NCBI GenBank assembly: GCA_963665015.2
Contig: CAXXSY010000005.1
Coordinates: forward strand, 4,301 to 68,300
Direction: 5' to 3'
Source: Candidatus Cloacimonadales bacterium
GTDB lineage: Bacteria; Cloacimonadota; Cloacimonadia; Cloacimonadales; JAIOQZ01
Length of the DNA: 64,000 bases
A model generated the notes under the pieces. The model saw only the letters and a program-made list of their open reading frames with translations. It searched no databases and was not told the origin of the DNA. Each line of letters begins with the position of its first letter. Position 1 is the stretch's first letter. Of this stretch, positions 46,498-55,549 are shown in pieces. The translations under genes and the position numbers were made by a program.

Positions 46498-46617
46498 CTA
46501 CAGCAGAGAAGAAAATCGGCCGTGCATTTTCCCTCAGTCTGGGAGAGTTGCTCTTTCCGGGAGATCGATGACTTGCAGCAAGACCGATCAACCTTCGGAC
46601 GCTATGTGACCACAAAT

Positions 46618-46650
46618 GAAAAACCCGCTCCACAGGTGTGGAACGGGTCT
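46618..46650 (-). terminator. Rho-independent terminator
   Basis: Minus strand: ACCCGTTCCACA-CC-TGTGGAGCGGGT followed by TTTTT. Confidence 0.6.
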
Positions 46651-46770
46651 ATTATCGTCTATCGGTTATCCGCCAGCATAATCCCGGCAAGCTGACGATC
46701 CACTTTCGCTATTTCGCTGCGCGAAAGGCTTTCGTTCGATGATTTCGTTTCAGCTTCGCTGAAGCCGAAA

Positions 46771-48975
46771 TTATTTCAGCAGCAGCATCCGTTTGTTTTC
46801 GGTGAAGTTATCGGTCGTCATGCGGATGAAATAAACACCGCTCGCGTTGCCTTCGGCATCCCATGTTACCTTGTGGATTCCCTCGGTCATTTTACTGTCG
46901 TTCAGTAGCGTAGCCACCCTTTGGCCGCGGGTGTTGAACACCTCGACGGTCACGAAGGATTCTTCCGCGAGGCTGAAACTGACGGTCGTGGAAGGATTGA
47001 AGGGGTTCGGGAAGTTTCCTTTCAGGCTGGTCGCGAAGCTGGCTTCCGGCGCTTCCGGTTCATTTCCACCCTGTGTAACCGTGCAGGTGACGGGACCGAA
47101 GAAGCCGACCGTGCCGTTGAATTCAACCGATTGCAGCCAGTAGCTGTAGGTGCGGTCGGAGGTCACATCGGCATCCTCGAAGCTGTAGTCGGTCTGTATG
47201 CTGTTGTTTTCCGCCGTGATGATCTGGTTGTTGAGGAAAAACGCCTCGTCGATCTCTTCCGTTTCGGCGCGCATCACATAGTAGCCCATCATATCGGATT
47301 CGGACTGGGTCGTCCATTCGATCATGACGGTGTTGCTGGCGGTAACGCTGGCCGCGAAGCTGCTGAGTTCCACGGGTAGGGTCGAGCCTTCGCCGCCGTT
47401 CATGACAAAGGTATCGCTGCCGTCACGCGTTTCGCCGAAGATCCAGGAGAAGGTCGCTGTCTGTGCGATATCGTCCCAGACGACTCCGGGGACAAATTCC
47501 CAGGTTCCACCGTGGTTATAAACGAGTTCGGTAGGTGTGAAGGGCAGTCCAGCGAAGTGGAGTACGATTTCAACCGGCTGACTGGTTCCGGTAACGGTCA
47601 CCTGATAGGTCAGGCTGGCGTTCTCGGGAACCATCACTTCCGTGTTTCCGCTGACCACCTGGATATCCACCGTGATGCTCGCGCCGGTTTCTTCCGGATC
47701 GACATCCACGTCCGGATTGACGACCACCGCGCCGCTACCGTCGTAATTGTAGGCATCCAGTGGTTCGACATCGACAACCACAGATTCGCCTATCGCAGGT
47801 GTGCCGACTGCATCGCCTGTTCCCGGTTCCGGGCGTTCAAAGAAGTGTGCTTGACCGTCCCCCATACCCCTATCACTGTACATTCCGATAAGCGCTATGT
47901 TGCCGGACATGCTGACGCAACTGCCAAAGCCAGCGCAATAGGATGGGTAATTATCGAGTATGGTTTGCTCATGATCCCAGGATACTCCATTCCAATGGAA
48001 CAGGTAGGCAGCGCCACATTCATCACAATCATCATATGTGGCCTGCGAAGCTCCGACTAACACATAATCGCCTTCAACAATGACATCATAACCAAAGGAA
48101 TCGGGCATTCCCTCATCAGGCACTAGACTCGAAACATGGCTCCATTCGGTACCGGTTCGTTTGTAGCAAGCGACTTGCGTATAGTTGGTTGATCCGACGA
48201 CCAAATGATCCCCTGATATTGAAACTGGAAGACCGAAATTCGCATAGCTAAGCGGTGTGCTGAAAGCCACGTTGTCCTGCAATTCCCAGTTGGTTCCGTT
48301 CCAATGATAAATAAAAACGCAACCGCAATATGATCCGCTCGTTGAATTGCCTGGAGAGCCTACAGCAAGGTAGTCTCCATCGACATCAACTGCCTTTCCA
48401 AAATTATCCACCCTGGTTGTTATGCTGTCTACTTCTAACAATGTATCTTCCAGCACCCATGTGGAGCCGTTGTAATGATAAACGTAAACGCCATCCTCAT
48501 TGTTTGTTCCAATGAACAGGTAATCATCTTGAACACAGACAGAACCACCGAAACCTGTGCCGGACGGAAGACCGCTTCGGGTTATCTTCTGTACCTGATT
48601 ACCTTCCCAGTCGAAGACATAAACGGCTCCCGTGTCGGCTCCAACTGCTCCCACGAATATAAAATCATCGTTGAAGCATGCTGCCCAGCCGAAGAAATCC
48701 CAAGCCGCACCGTCACTGGCTGTCAGCGTCAATTCCAGTCCCCAGGAGGTGCCGGAATATTTATATACGTAAGCAATGCCAACGCTGTAATCCGAACCGA
48801 CCTTATAATCAGTATCTCCGATGATGACATTATTACCATCGATGAATACATTGGATGGAAATGCGGAATCCCATGAAGAACCCGGGTTGCTCAGGGATTG
48901 GGTCTGTGTCCAGTCCGCCGATAGATTAACAATAGTGATCGTGAGTGAAATTAGAATCAAAAATAGCTTTTTCAT
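46771..48975 (-). CDS. T9SS cargo protein with FG-GAP-like propeller repeats
   Basis: The start is moved to the ATG at 48975 (AAGGAG 8 nt upstream; MKKLFLILISLTITIVNLSA). Repeated FG..v...gd..(v/i)(v/i)G......G.(v/a)y(v/i)(f/y)..(n/e)G..W units. CTD FPNPFNPSTTVSF..FNTRGQRV..SGVYFIRM..KRMLLLK. Confidence 0.8.
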   Translation of the reverse strand: MKKLFLILISLTITIVNLSADWTQTQSLSNPGSSWDSAFPSNVFIDGNNVIIGDTDYKVGSDYSVGIAYVYKYSGTSWGLELTLTASDGAAWDFFGWAACFNDDFIFVGAVGADTGAVYVFDWEGNQVQKITRSGLPSGTGFGGSVCVQDDYLFIGTNNEDGVYVYHYNGSTWVLEDTLLEVDSITTRVDNFGKAVDVDGDYLAVGSPGNSTSGSYCGCVFIYHWNGTNWELQDNVAFSTPLSYANFGLPVSISGDHLVVGSTNYTQVACYKRTGTEWSHVSSLVPDEGMPDSFGYDVIVEGDYVLVGASQATYDDCDECGAAYLFHWNGVSWDHEQTILDNYPSYCAGFGSCVSMSGNIALIGMYSDRGMGDGQAHFFERPEPGTGDAVGTPAIGESVVVDVEPLDAYNYDGSGAVVVNPDVDVDPEETGASITVDIQVVSGNTEVMVPENASLTYQVTVTGTSQPVEIVLHFAGLPFTPTELVYNHGGTWEFVPGVVWDDIAQTATFSWIFGETRDGSDTFVMNGGEGSTLPVELSSFAASVTASNTVMIEWTTQSESDMMGYYVMRAETEEIDEAFFLNNQIITAENNSIQTDYSFEDADVTSDRTYSYWLQSVEFNGTVGFFGPVTCTVTQGGNEPEAPEASFATSLKGNFPNPFNPSTTVSFSLAEESFVTVEVFNTRGQRVATLLNDSKMTEGIHKVTWDAEGNASGVYFIRMTTDNFTENKRMLLLK

Positions 48976-49073
48976 GGTCATGCTCCTTGAAGAGATTTGA
49001 TTTTCACAGACGAAGCTCTTGTTGTAATTTGTTGAACCATGCCTGCTACCCGGAAATTGCACTTACTAAAAAC

Positions 49074-49101
49074 AATATAGTGATACTAAGGCAAGTGTCA
49101 A
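49074..49101 (-). promoter_or_regulatory. Sigma-70-like promoter
   Basis: Minus strand: TTGACA (49101-49096), 16 nt, TATATT (49079-49074), about 100 nt upstream of the 48975 start and downstream of the ORF-track start at 49062. Confidence 0.5.
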
Positions 49102-49261
49102 ACGCTTTTTATAATATCTTTATGTTCCTATGAAAGGTGTTCATAAAGTGGTCTATCTTGTTATTAAGGTTCTGGTTGTTGCTTGTCAAATAAACAGAAA
49201 TCATTTATGGCTCAGCCTACAGCGACTCGTTTGACGATTTAGCTTTGCCCGTATAAACAGA

Positions 49262-49291
49262 AGACCCGCCCCACCGAAGTGGAGCGGGTCT
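49262..49291 (-). terminator. Rho-independent terminator after the M6 protease gene
   Basis: AGACCCGC..CCAC-CGAA-GTGG..GCGGGTCT hairpin. On the minus strand it is followed by TCTGTTTAT. Confidence 0.55.
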
Positions 49292-49316
49292 TACTTCTAT
49301 CTTCTTTATTCCGAAA

Positions 49317-51620
49317 CTATTTCAGCATGATCATCTTTTTCACTGAGACGTAGCGGCCGGTCTTCATCCTGAGGAAATAGACGCCGCTGCCGACGGCCTT
49401 CGACTGGCTGTCGGCGCCGTTCCATTCGACGCTGTGATTACCGGCTTCCATTCGCTTGCTGACCAGCGTTCTGACAAGCTGTCCCTTTACGTTATAGACC
49501 GCGAGGTTCACGTCGGCGTCCTGCATCAGCGAGAAGCTGACTGTTGTCGATGGATTGAACGGGTTGGGGTGGTTTCCGATCAGCGCGGTCTCGGCTGGTG
49601 GCGCTGTGGGATTGTCGTTACCGACAAAGCTGATGTAAACGTTGTTGGACGGCGCGCTGAGGCCGTTCTCATAGACCGCCCGGATGTGGAAGGCATAGTC
49701 GAGAACCGGCGAGAGGGTCACGTCGTAGCTGGTGTCGGTCGTTGTGGCAAACTGCGAAAACGCGTCGGACGTCGCGCGGATGTAAATCGCGAAGTGGGAA
49801 AAGTTCTCATCGTCCGCGTTGTCGAATTCCCAGGACATGTGAACGTCGGTTCCGTCCAGCGTCCGGCTCAGGTTGATCGGTGGCCTAAGAAACTGCAAGT
49901 CGAGCTGGATATCCGTGTAACCACCCGGTTGGATTACCGCTTCTGCCGTTGCGGGAGCAAAGCCTTCCAGCGTAGCCGTCACATCGTATGTTCCTTCGTA
50001 GTACGGCACGGTAAAAGCGCCGTTTGCTCCCGGAGAGAGGACGACGTCCTCGATCGTGATCTGTACCTGGGTCAGGTCGGGCTCGCCCTGGTCGGCAGTA
50101 ACCGATCCGCTGAGGAATCCCAGTTCGGGATAGAGGATAAAGGATATCTGGTCCTCGCAGGCTCCGGCTTGGTGCAGGAAGAGTCCCCCGGGATTACCGT
50201 TGCTGAGGAAGCAGTCCGGATTGGTGTCGTCGTTGATGGTTCTTCTTCCAGATTCTATCGAGAACGGCGCCTGATTGAGGTTTCCGTTTGCGCTCGTCGA
50301 ACCGCCCGGGCGATAGACATACACCTCGTCGGGAGGACCGCTCGCGTTTCCCTGGCCCTCGTACATCGCGTTGATGCGATAGACCACAATGCCCGACGAC
50401 GGCAGGATTTCTTCGTATGTACCGGGCACTTCTCTGCGGTATTCGAGCACGAAATACTCGGTATTGCTGTTGGGCGAAGGAATCTTGTAGCAGTTGTTGA
50501 CGCCGTCGAGCAGCGAGTTCAAGGCGTAGGTACCGTGGTCGCTGATCTCCGGAATATTCGTAATCCAGTCGCTGTACATGTATTTCATGTACGCGCCCAT
50601 GTGCGCCGAGCCGCCGTCCATGATATCCCAGACGCCGACCGACTCGAACGAACCGCCGTTGTAGTGGTAGAGGTCGGGTGCGCCGACGGAGTGGAACATC
50701 TCGTGGCAGAGCGTGCTGACATCGTTCTGGCTCTCGGGCTGGAAGGTGTAGTCATAGACGCGTTTTCCGTGGATATTGACCGTGTATGAGAAGAGCGTCC
50801 AGCGGTGCGCCCAGAGAAGGTCCGCCCAACTGTCGTTTCCGCCGCGGATGATGAAGCAGACGTTATCGACCCGGTTGTCGTTGTCGTTGTCGATCACCAT
50901 ATCTTGGGGAACCTCGTCGGCGATGGATTCGATTGCGTTGACCAGCAGTTGATGCTCGCGCTCGGTGTACTCCCCCTGATTATGGTAGCCATCGGGATTG
51001 GTCACCTGGTTGTACGGGCTGAAGTAGCGCCGGTTGTGCGAGTCCTGATAGGACAGGTTGGTGGTTTCTTCACAGATGGGATAATGGGTGCTGAGCACCT
51101 CCATCTGGCCGTAGGAGACTTCATCGTAGTAGCTGCCCAGCGACGGTATTCCGCCGTTGAATTTGGCGTCGAAATATGTCCGCGGATTTACGAATTCGTC
51201 CTGATCTGCGAACCGGATATAGACGACCAGGTTCTGAACGGTTCCGATCGAGTTCATGCGGCTGCCGTCGCGCATGGTCGATTCGGCTGCCTGCCGTTTT
51301 TGCAGGTACGCTTCCTTTGAAATGACCGCGCCGGGCAATAGTCCGACCGAAGCCGGATCGACTGTGTTTGCGCGATATTCGGATGGAACCGGTTTCCCGT
51401 TTTCCATAACGGCATAGTAGTAGAAGCCGTCTTCCTGGCTCTGGATGATCGAGAAATTGTTCTCGTCATGCAGGTAGTTGAAAAACTCGTCGCCGCTCGC
51501 GAAGCAGTTGAATTCTGCGCCGTCGGGCTGGGTGACGGTCATGGGTTGATTCCGGATGAGCGCGCCGTTGAGCAGTGCGCACAGGCAAAGAATCCCTATC
51601 AGTAGTGTAATCTTGTTCAT
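49317..51620 (-). CDS. M6-family (immune inhibitor A-like) metalloprotease with T9SS CTD
   Basis: Signal peptide MNKITLLIGILCLCALLNG. Zinc site HEMFHSVGAPDLY. CTD HPNPFNPSTTVSF..YNVKGQLV..SGVYFLRM..KKMIMLK. Confidence 0.85.
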   Translation of the reverse strand: MNKITLLIGILCLCALLNGALIRNQPMTVTQPDGAEFNCFASGDEFFNYLHDENNFSIIQSQEDGFYYYAVMENGKPVPSEYRANTVDPASVGLLPGAVISKEAYLQKRQAAESTMRDGSRMNSIGTVQNLVVYIRFADQDEFVNPRTYFDAKFNGGIPSLGSYYDEVSYGQMEVLSTHYPICEETTNLSYQDSHNRRYFSPYNQVTNPDGYHNQGEYTEREHQLLVNAIESIADEVPQDMVIDNDNDNRVDNVCFIIRGGNDSWADLLWAHRWTLFSYTVNIHGKRVYDYTFQPESQNDVSTLCHEMFHSVGAPDLYHYNGGSFESVGVWDIMDGGSAHMGAYMKYMYSDWITNIPEISDHGTYALNSLLDGVNNCYKIPSPNSNTEYFVLEYRREVPGTYEEILPSSGIVVYRINAMYEGQGNASGPPDEVYVYRPGGSTSANGNLNQAPFSIESGRRTINDDTNPDCFLSNGNPGGLFLHQAGACEDQISFILYPELGFLSGSVTADQGEPDLTQVQITIEDVVLSPGANGAFTVPYYEGTYDVTATLEGFAPATAEAVIQPGGYTDIQLDLQFLRPPINLSRTLDGTDVHMSWEFDNADDENFSHFAIYIRATSDAFSQFATTTDTSYDVTLSPVLDYAFHIRAVYENGLSAPSNNVYISFVGNDNPTAPPAETALIGNHPNPFNPSTTVSFSLMQDADVNLAVYNVKGQLVRTLVSKRMEAGNHSVEWNGADSQSKAVGSGVYFLRMKTGRYVSVKKMIMLK

Positions 51621-51663
51621 CTCTCTCTCCTCGTTTAATGCAAATCCTCTTTTTCAGCTTATC

Positions 51664-53142
51664 TCAATCGCGATGGTGTTTCTCCCAGATTTCATGTGCC
51701 GGGCGCACCAGTCTCTTCGGTTTCAGGAAGCTGAACAACGGGCAAACCACCACCGAAACGATCATTCCGATCGATCCCGCCTGCGGCGAAGATGACGGGC
51801 CCATCATGACATATAATACAAGACACGTTCCAAGCCCCAGAACCGAGGCGGAAATTGCGCCGACATCGTTGACTTTTTTCGAAAAAAGTCCCCACATGAA
51901 TGGTCCCAGAAACACCGATCCGATAGCGCCCCAACTGATTCCGAGGATGCTGACGATGGTCGCCGGCTCGAAATACGCGAGGATCACGGAAAGTAATACG
52001 AAAAATGCGCTACCTATCCGCATAAGCAATGTAAGTGTACGGTCCCGCACGTTCGGATTGATAAAGCCGGCGTAAATATCTTTGGCGATTGAAGAACTGG
52101 AAATCAACACCAGTGCCGCCAGCGTTGACATGGACGCGGACAGGATCAGGAGCAGGATGACGATCGAGAGCGATTCGGGAATGACGTTGGTCAGAAGTTC
52201 GGGCATCAGGCGGTCGAACAGCGGCTTTCCGTCACGAAACGCGTTGGGAGCGACCTCGGGATTGAGCAGTACCCGGGTGGTCGCGCCGGTGAAGTATGCC
52301 ACACCGCCGATCAGCAGCGCGAACAAGGTCGATGCGACCAGACCTTTCTTGATCGCCTTCTCGTCTTTGATCGCATAGAATTTCTGGATCAACTGCGGCA
52401 TGGCGAACGGCGCCACACTGGTCAGCATCACCAGGCTTAGCAGCGGCCAGATTCCGGGAGGTCCCACCGGTTTGATCAGCCTGGCGTCGATCGCTGCAAG
52501 CGACTGGGTAAGATTCGCCAGGCCGCCGCCCTTGTTGATCGTGAATCCGAGCAGGATTACCACGCCAACGGTCATGATGATGCCGAAGATTACGTCGATC
52601 ATGGTCATCGATTTGTATCCGCCCAATACCAGATAGACCGTCGTCAAGCCACCCATGATGAGCAGCGCGTAGGTGTACTGGATATGGAAATTGGATTCGA
52701 AGAGGTAGGAAAGTCCCATGAACACCGCAGCGGAATAGGGCACGAAGAAGATGAAGATCGAGATCGATGCCAGGAATTTGATGATGCGGCTGTTGTAGCG
52801 CTTTTCGAGAAACTCCGCCATCGTGCTGACGTGCATCTCTGCGGAGACTTTCTTGATGCGCGGCCCGACAAACCACCAGACGCCCACAACGCCGATGATC
52901 GCGTTGGTCAGAGCGATCCAGAGCCCCGAGTAGCCGAAGCCCCAGCCGATTTTTCCCGCGAATCCGATAAAAAGAACCGCCGAAAAGTAGGCGGTTCCGT
53001 AGGTAAAGGCAGTCATGATCGCGCCGACCTTCCCGCCGCCGAGGAAGTAGTCGTTGAAGCTGCGCGTCTTTCGAAGACCGATGATGCCGATCACAATGAT
53101 CATGAGTCCATACGCGATAAATAATCCGTATTTTAAGACCAT
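51664..53142 (-). CDS. Sodium:solute symporter family transporter
   Basis: About 13 hydrophobic segments. The N-terminus ..IIGLRKTRSFNDYFLGGGKVGAIMTAFTYGTAYFSA.. is typical of SSF (PanF/PutP-like) carriers. Confidence 0.8.
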   Translation of the reverse strand: MVLKYGLFIAYGLMIIVIGIIGLRKTRSFNDYFLGGGKVGAIMTAFTYGTAYFSAVLFIGFAGKIGWGFGYSGLWIALTNAIIGVVGVWWFVGPRIKKVSAEMHVSTMAEFLEKRYNSRIIKFLASISIFIFFVPYSAAVFMGLSYLFESNFHIQYTYALLIMGGLTTVYLVLGGYKSMTMIDVIFGIIMTVGVVILLGFTINKGGGLANLTQSLAAIDARLIKPVGPPGIWPLLSLVMLTSVAPFAMPQLIQKFYAIKDEKAIKKGLVASTLFALLIGGVAYFTGATTRVLLNPEVAPNAFRDGKPLFDRLMPELLTNVIPESLSIVILLLILSASMSTLAALVLISSSSIAKDIYAGFINPNVRDRTLTLLMRIGSAFFVLLSVILAYFEPATIVSILGISWGAIGSVFLGPFMWGLFSKKVNDVGAISASVLGLGTCLVLYVMMGPSSSPQAGSIGMIVSVVVCPLFSFLKPKRLVRPAHEIWEKHHRD

Positions 53143-53164
53143 GGTTTCCTCCAGTGTCGTGTGT

Positions 53165-53659
53165 TTAAAATTCCCAGGAGATCATCACCTTGTCCTTTTC
53201 GAACCGGAGGTGGATATCCTCTCGAAGGGTATCGTAGTTATGCAAATGCGCATCTACGTAGGCGTCGATGGCGGAGAGCAGCATCGTTGTGCCCAGCCAC
53301 CACATGTCGTTTTGCCTGCGGTCGTAATACTTGTAATAGCGGTCGGCCCAGTAGTTGTATTCCTCGCCGTACGAGCTCATCGCCTTGTCGTATGCCTTCT
53401 CTGTCTCGTTGTGGTCGTGGATGAGCAGCCCGATGAGGATGCCTTCGATGAGGATCACGCTTCCCGCCTTGTAGTAGCTCTCGTTGTAAAGTTGCCCCGC
53501 GCCGGGTACGAACAGCGACATAAACGCAGCCTGGGTCGGTGACTTGCCCGGATCGAAATCCCCAGCATGAAGACCGCAACCCAGTATCGCCATCAGCAGC
53601 ACAAGCATCCATCTCATCGTGAATCCGTCGTGATTTTTCATTATAGCAACTATTTTCAC
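53165..53659 (-). CDS. Small membrane/secreted protein with a PG-x-GQ-x-YN motif (DUF5683-like)
   Basis: SLFVPGAGQLYNESYYKAG followed by a TM segment. The signal peptide starts at the internal MRWMLVLLMAILGC, so the start may be 53617. Confidence 0.5.
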   Translation of the reverse strand: MKIVAIMKNHDGFTMRWMLVLLMAILGCGLHAGDFDPGKSPTQAAFMSLFVPGAGQLYNESYYKAGSVILIEGILIGLLIHDHNETEKAYDKAMSSYGEEYNYWADRYYKYYDRRQNDMWWLGTTMLLSAIDAYVDAHLHNYDTLREDIHLRFEKDKVMISWEF

Positions 53660-53799
53660 CGGTTGTATTCAGGCAACAAGTTTTTGTTATGGATGCGAAA
53701 ATTGCTTGAACGATGGATTTCATTGGATATGGATAGAGACAAGGGAGCAGGCAAGGGTGCCTGCGTTCCACTGGGGATAGAGATGCAGGCAAGGGTGCC

Positions 53800-55408
53800 T
53801 CAGGCTGTTGACCAAGCATGGTCTGCGGCAACGTGTGCACTTGTAATCATAATACAGCGGTTCTATTTTACGATTTTCAGGCTGAAATTGGGCATCGGAA
53901 GCCGTATATGCCCCCAGCGAAAAAAAGACGAAAAAGCCTGTTGACCAGCTTTTTCACGTTTTGGGCAATAGCGGTCATGTAGGCTTGTTCTTTCACTCTC
54001 TCCAATCCTCTGTATCTTGCGTATCGATATCCGTGTAGTTGCTTCGCGTTGGCGAAGCTCCGCTCAATCGTCTCTTTTCGTCCCTTGAAGATTTCTCTTC
54101 CACAGAACGATTTCCGATTTCTGTCTATCTCGTCTCGATAGTCTTGCCAGACATGACGATGCACGATTCTTTGACATTTCTTACTCGCAGTGCATTTATC
54201 TCGAAGTGGACACTTACGACAGTCTTCAGGGTTGGATATATACGCCTGACTGCCATCCCGATTAGTTCCTTGATAGCTTAAAATACACCCGTTTGGGCAG
54301 ACATAGTAATCGTTTATGGGATCATAGTCGAACCGCCATTTTCTGAAAAGTCCTTTGTGACCCGAGTCTCGACGTGGGCTGATCACTCCCATTATCTTTC
54401 GTTCGTGCAGCTTCTTACAGATATAGTACGTATTGTATCCCGAATCAAGACCGACGGCTTTGACGTCGAATCCAAACCGTTCGATCTGCCGATCGAGCAG
54501 CGCTAGATAAGGGATACAATCATTGACATTGCCAGGGAATACATCCACATCCGTGATGAAGTTACATTTGGAATCAACCGTGCGCTGAGTCAGAAAGAAA
54601 AAGCCCTTGGGTTTGCCGTCTCGAACCATGTATCCGCTGTCCGGATCCGTCGTGCTGGACTTGATCTTTTTGGTGGGTGGATCATCTTCTTTTCGCGGCG
54701 GTAGAGGTTTTTTACCCCTTTTCTCACGGTCATCGTTGATGTCTTTATCCAGTTCTTTGAGATAGGTTTTCGGCTCTTCTTCCACCACAATCTTCTTAAA
54801 CTTCTGCTTGTTAGCGTTTGCCTTCGTGTGGGTCGAATCCGTATAGAGTATCTTTCCCTCGACCAGACCTTTCGCAATCCCCTGCCGGACAATCTCAACA
54901 AAGATTTCCTCAAACACCTTGCTATCGGTGAACCTTCTGCGCCTGTTCTGGCTAAATACGGAATGGTGCGGTATCTTGTCCAGCAGCCCAAACCCCAAAA
55001 ACCAGCGGTAAGCCACATTTACCTCGATCTCTTTAACAAGCTGGCGTTCGGAACGGATGCCAAATAGATACCCAATCAACAGCATTTTGAACAATCGGAT
55101 CGGATGAACGGGGGGCCTGCCATTATCTTCGCAATAAAGATGAGCTGTATTCTTCAGGATAAAGGAAAAGTCGATGTGGCGTTGGATTTTTCGCAGAAGG
55201 TGATTCTTCGGAACCAAATCCTCGATGTTAACGAACTCCATCTCAGGTTGAAAATCGATTTCTTTTTTCAGCATTATTTACCTCAAATATGAGACAACAA
55301 TAATGCGCATCCCTCTGATGGCAAGCGTTTTATGCTATATTTACAACCTTTTTCATGTGCTGTAAATCCCGCACGGAAAATGGACGGTCATCTTTGTCAA
55401 CAGTCTGA
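53800..55408 (-). mobile_element. IS1182-family insertion sequence (copy 2) with a 12-bp flanking direct repeat
   Basis: Ends TCAGGCTGTTGAC (53800-) and GTCAACAGTCTGA (-55408) are inverted repeats. The identical 12-mer GGCAAGGGTGCC directly abuts both ends (53788-53799 and 55409-55420). Confidence 0.65.
53877..55274 (-). CDS. IS1182-family (IS5-like) DDE transposase
   Basis: N-terminal ..LVPKNHLLRKIQRHIDFSFI..RPPVHPIRLFKMLLIGYLFGIRSERQLVKEIEVNVAYRWFLG.. and C-terminal ..ETIERSFANAKQLHGYRYARYRG.. Confidence 0.85.
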   Translation of the reverse strand: MLKKEIDFQPEMEFVNIEDLVPKNHLLRKIQRHIDFSFILKNTAHLYCEDNGRPPVHPIRLFKMLLIGYLFGIRSERQLVKEIEVNVAYRWFLGFGLLDKIPHHSVFSQNRRRRFTDSKVFEEIFVEIVRQGIAKGLVEGKILYTDSTHTKANANKQKFKKIVVEEEPKTYLKELDKDINDDREKRGKKPLPPRKEDDPPTKKIKSSTTDPDSGYMVRDGKPKGFFFLTQRTVDSKCNFITDVDVFPGNVNDCIPYLALLDRQIERFGFDVKAVGLDSGYNTYYICKKLHERKIMGVISPRRDSGHKGLFRKWRFDYDPINDYYVCPNGCILSYQGTNRDGSQAYISNPEDCRKCPLRDKCTASKKCQRIVHRHVWQDYRDEIDRNRKSFCGREIFKGRKETIERSFANAKQLHGYRYARYRGLERVKEQAYMTAIAQNVKKLVNRLFRLFFAGGIYGFRCPISA

Positions 55409-55467
55409 GGCAAGGGTGCCTGCGTACCACCGGGGATAGAGATGCAGCCAGGGGTGCCTGCGTACCC

Positions 55468-55531
55468 GTAGCGCTCGACCTCCGGGCGAGCCACTCCCAC
55501 TCTCTTGTAGCGCTCGACCTCCGGGCGAGCC
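55468..55531. repeat. Tandem 25-bp hairpin repeat (2 copies)
   Basis: GTAGCGCTCGACCTCCGGGCGAGCC at 55468-55492 and 55507-55531, just downstream (minus strand) of the stop at 55550. Confidence 0.7.
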
Positions 55532-55549
55532 TCTTCCGGATAGGGCTTT

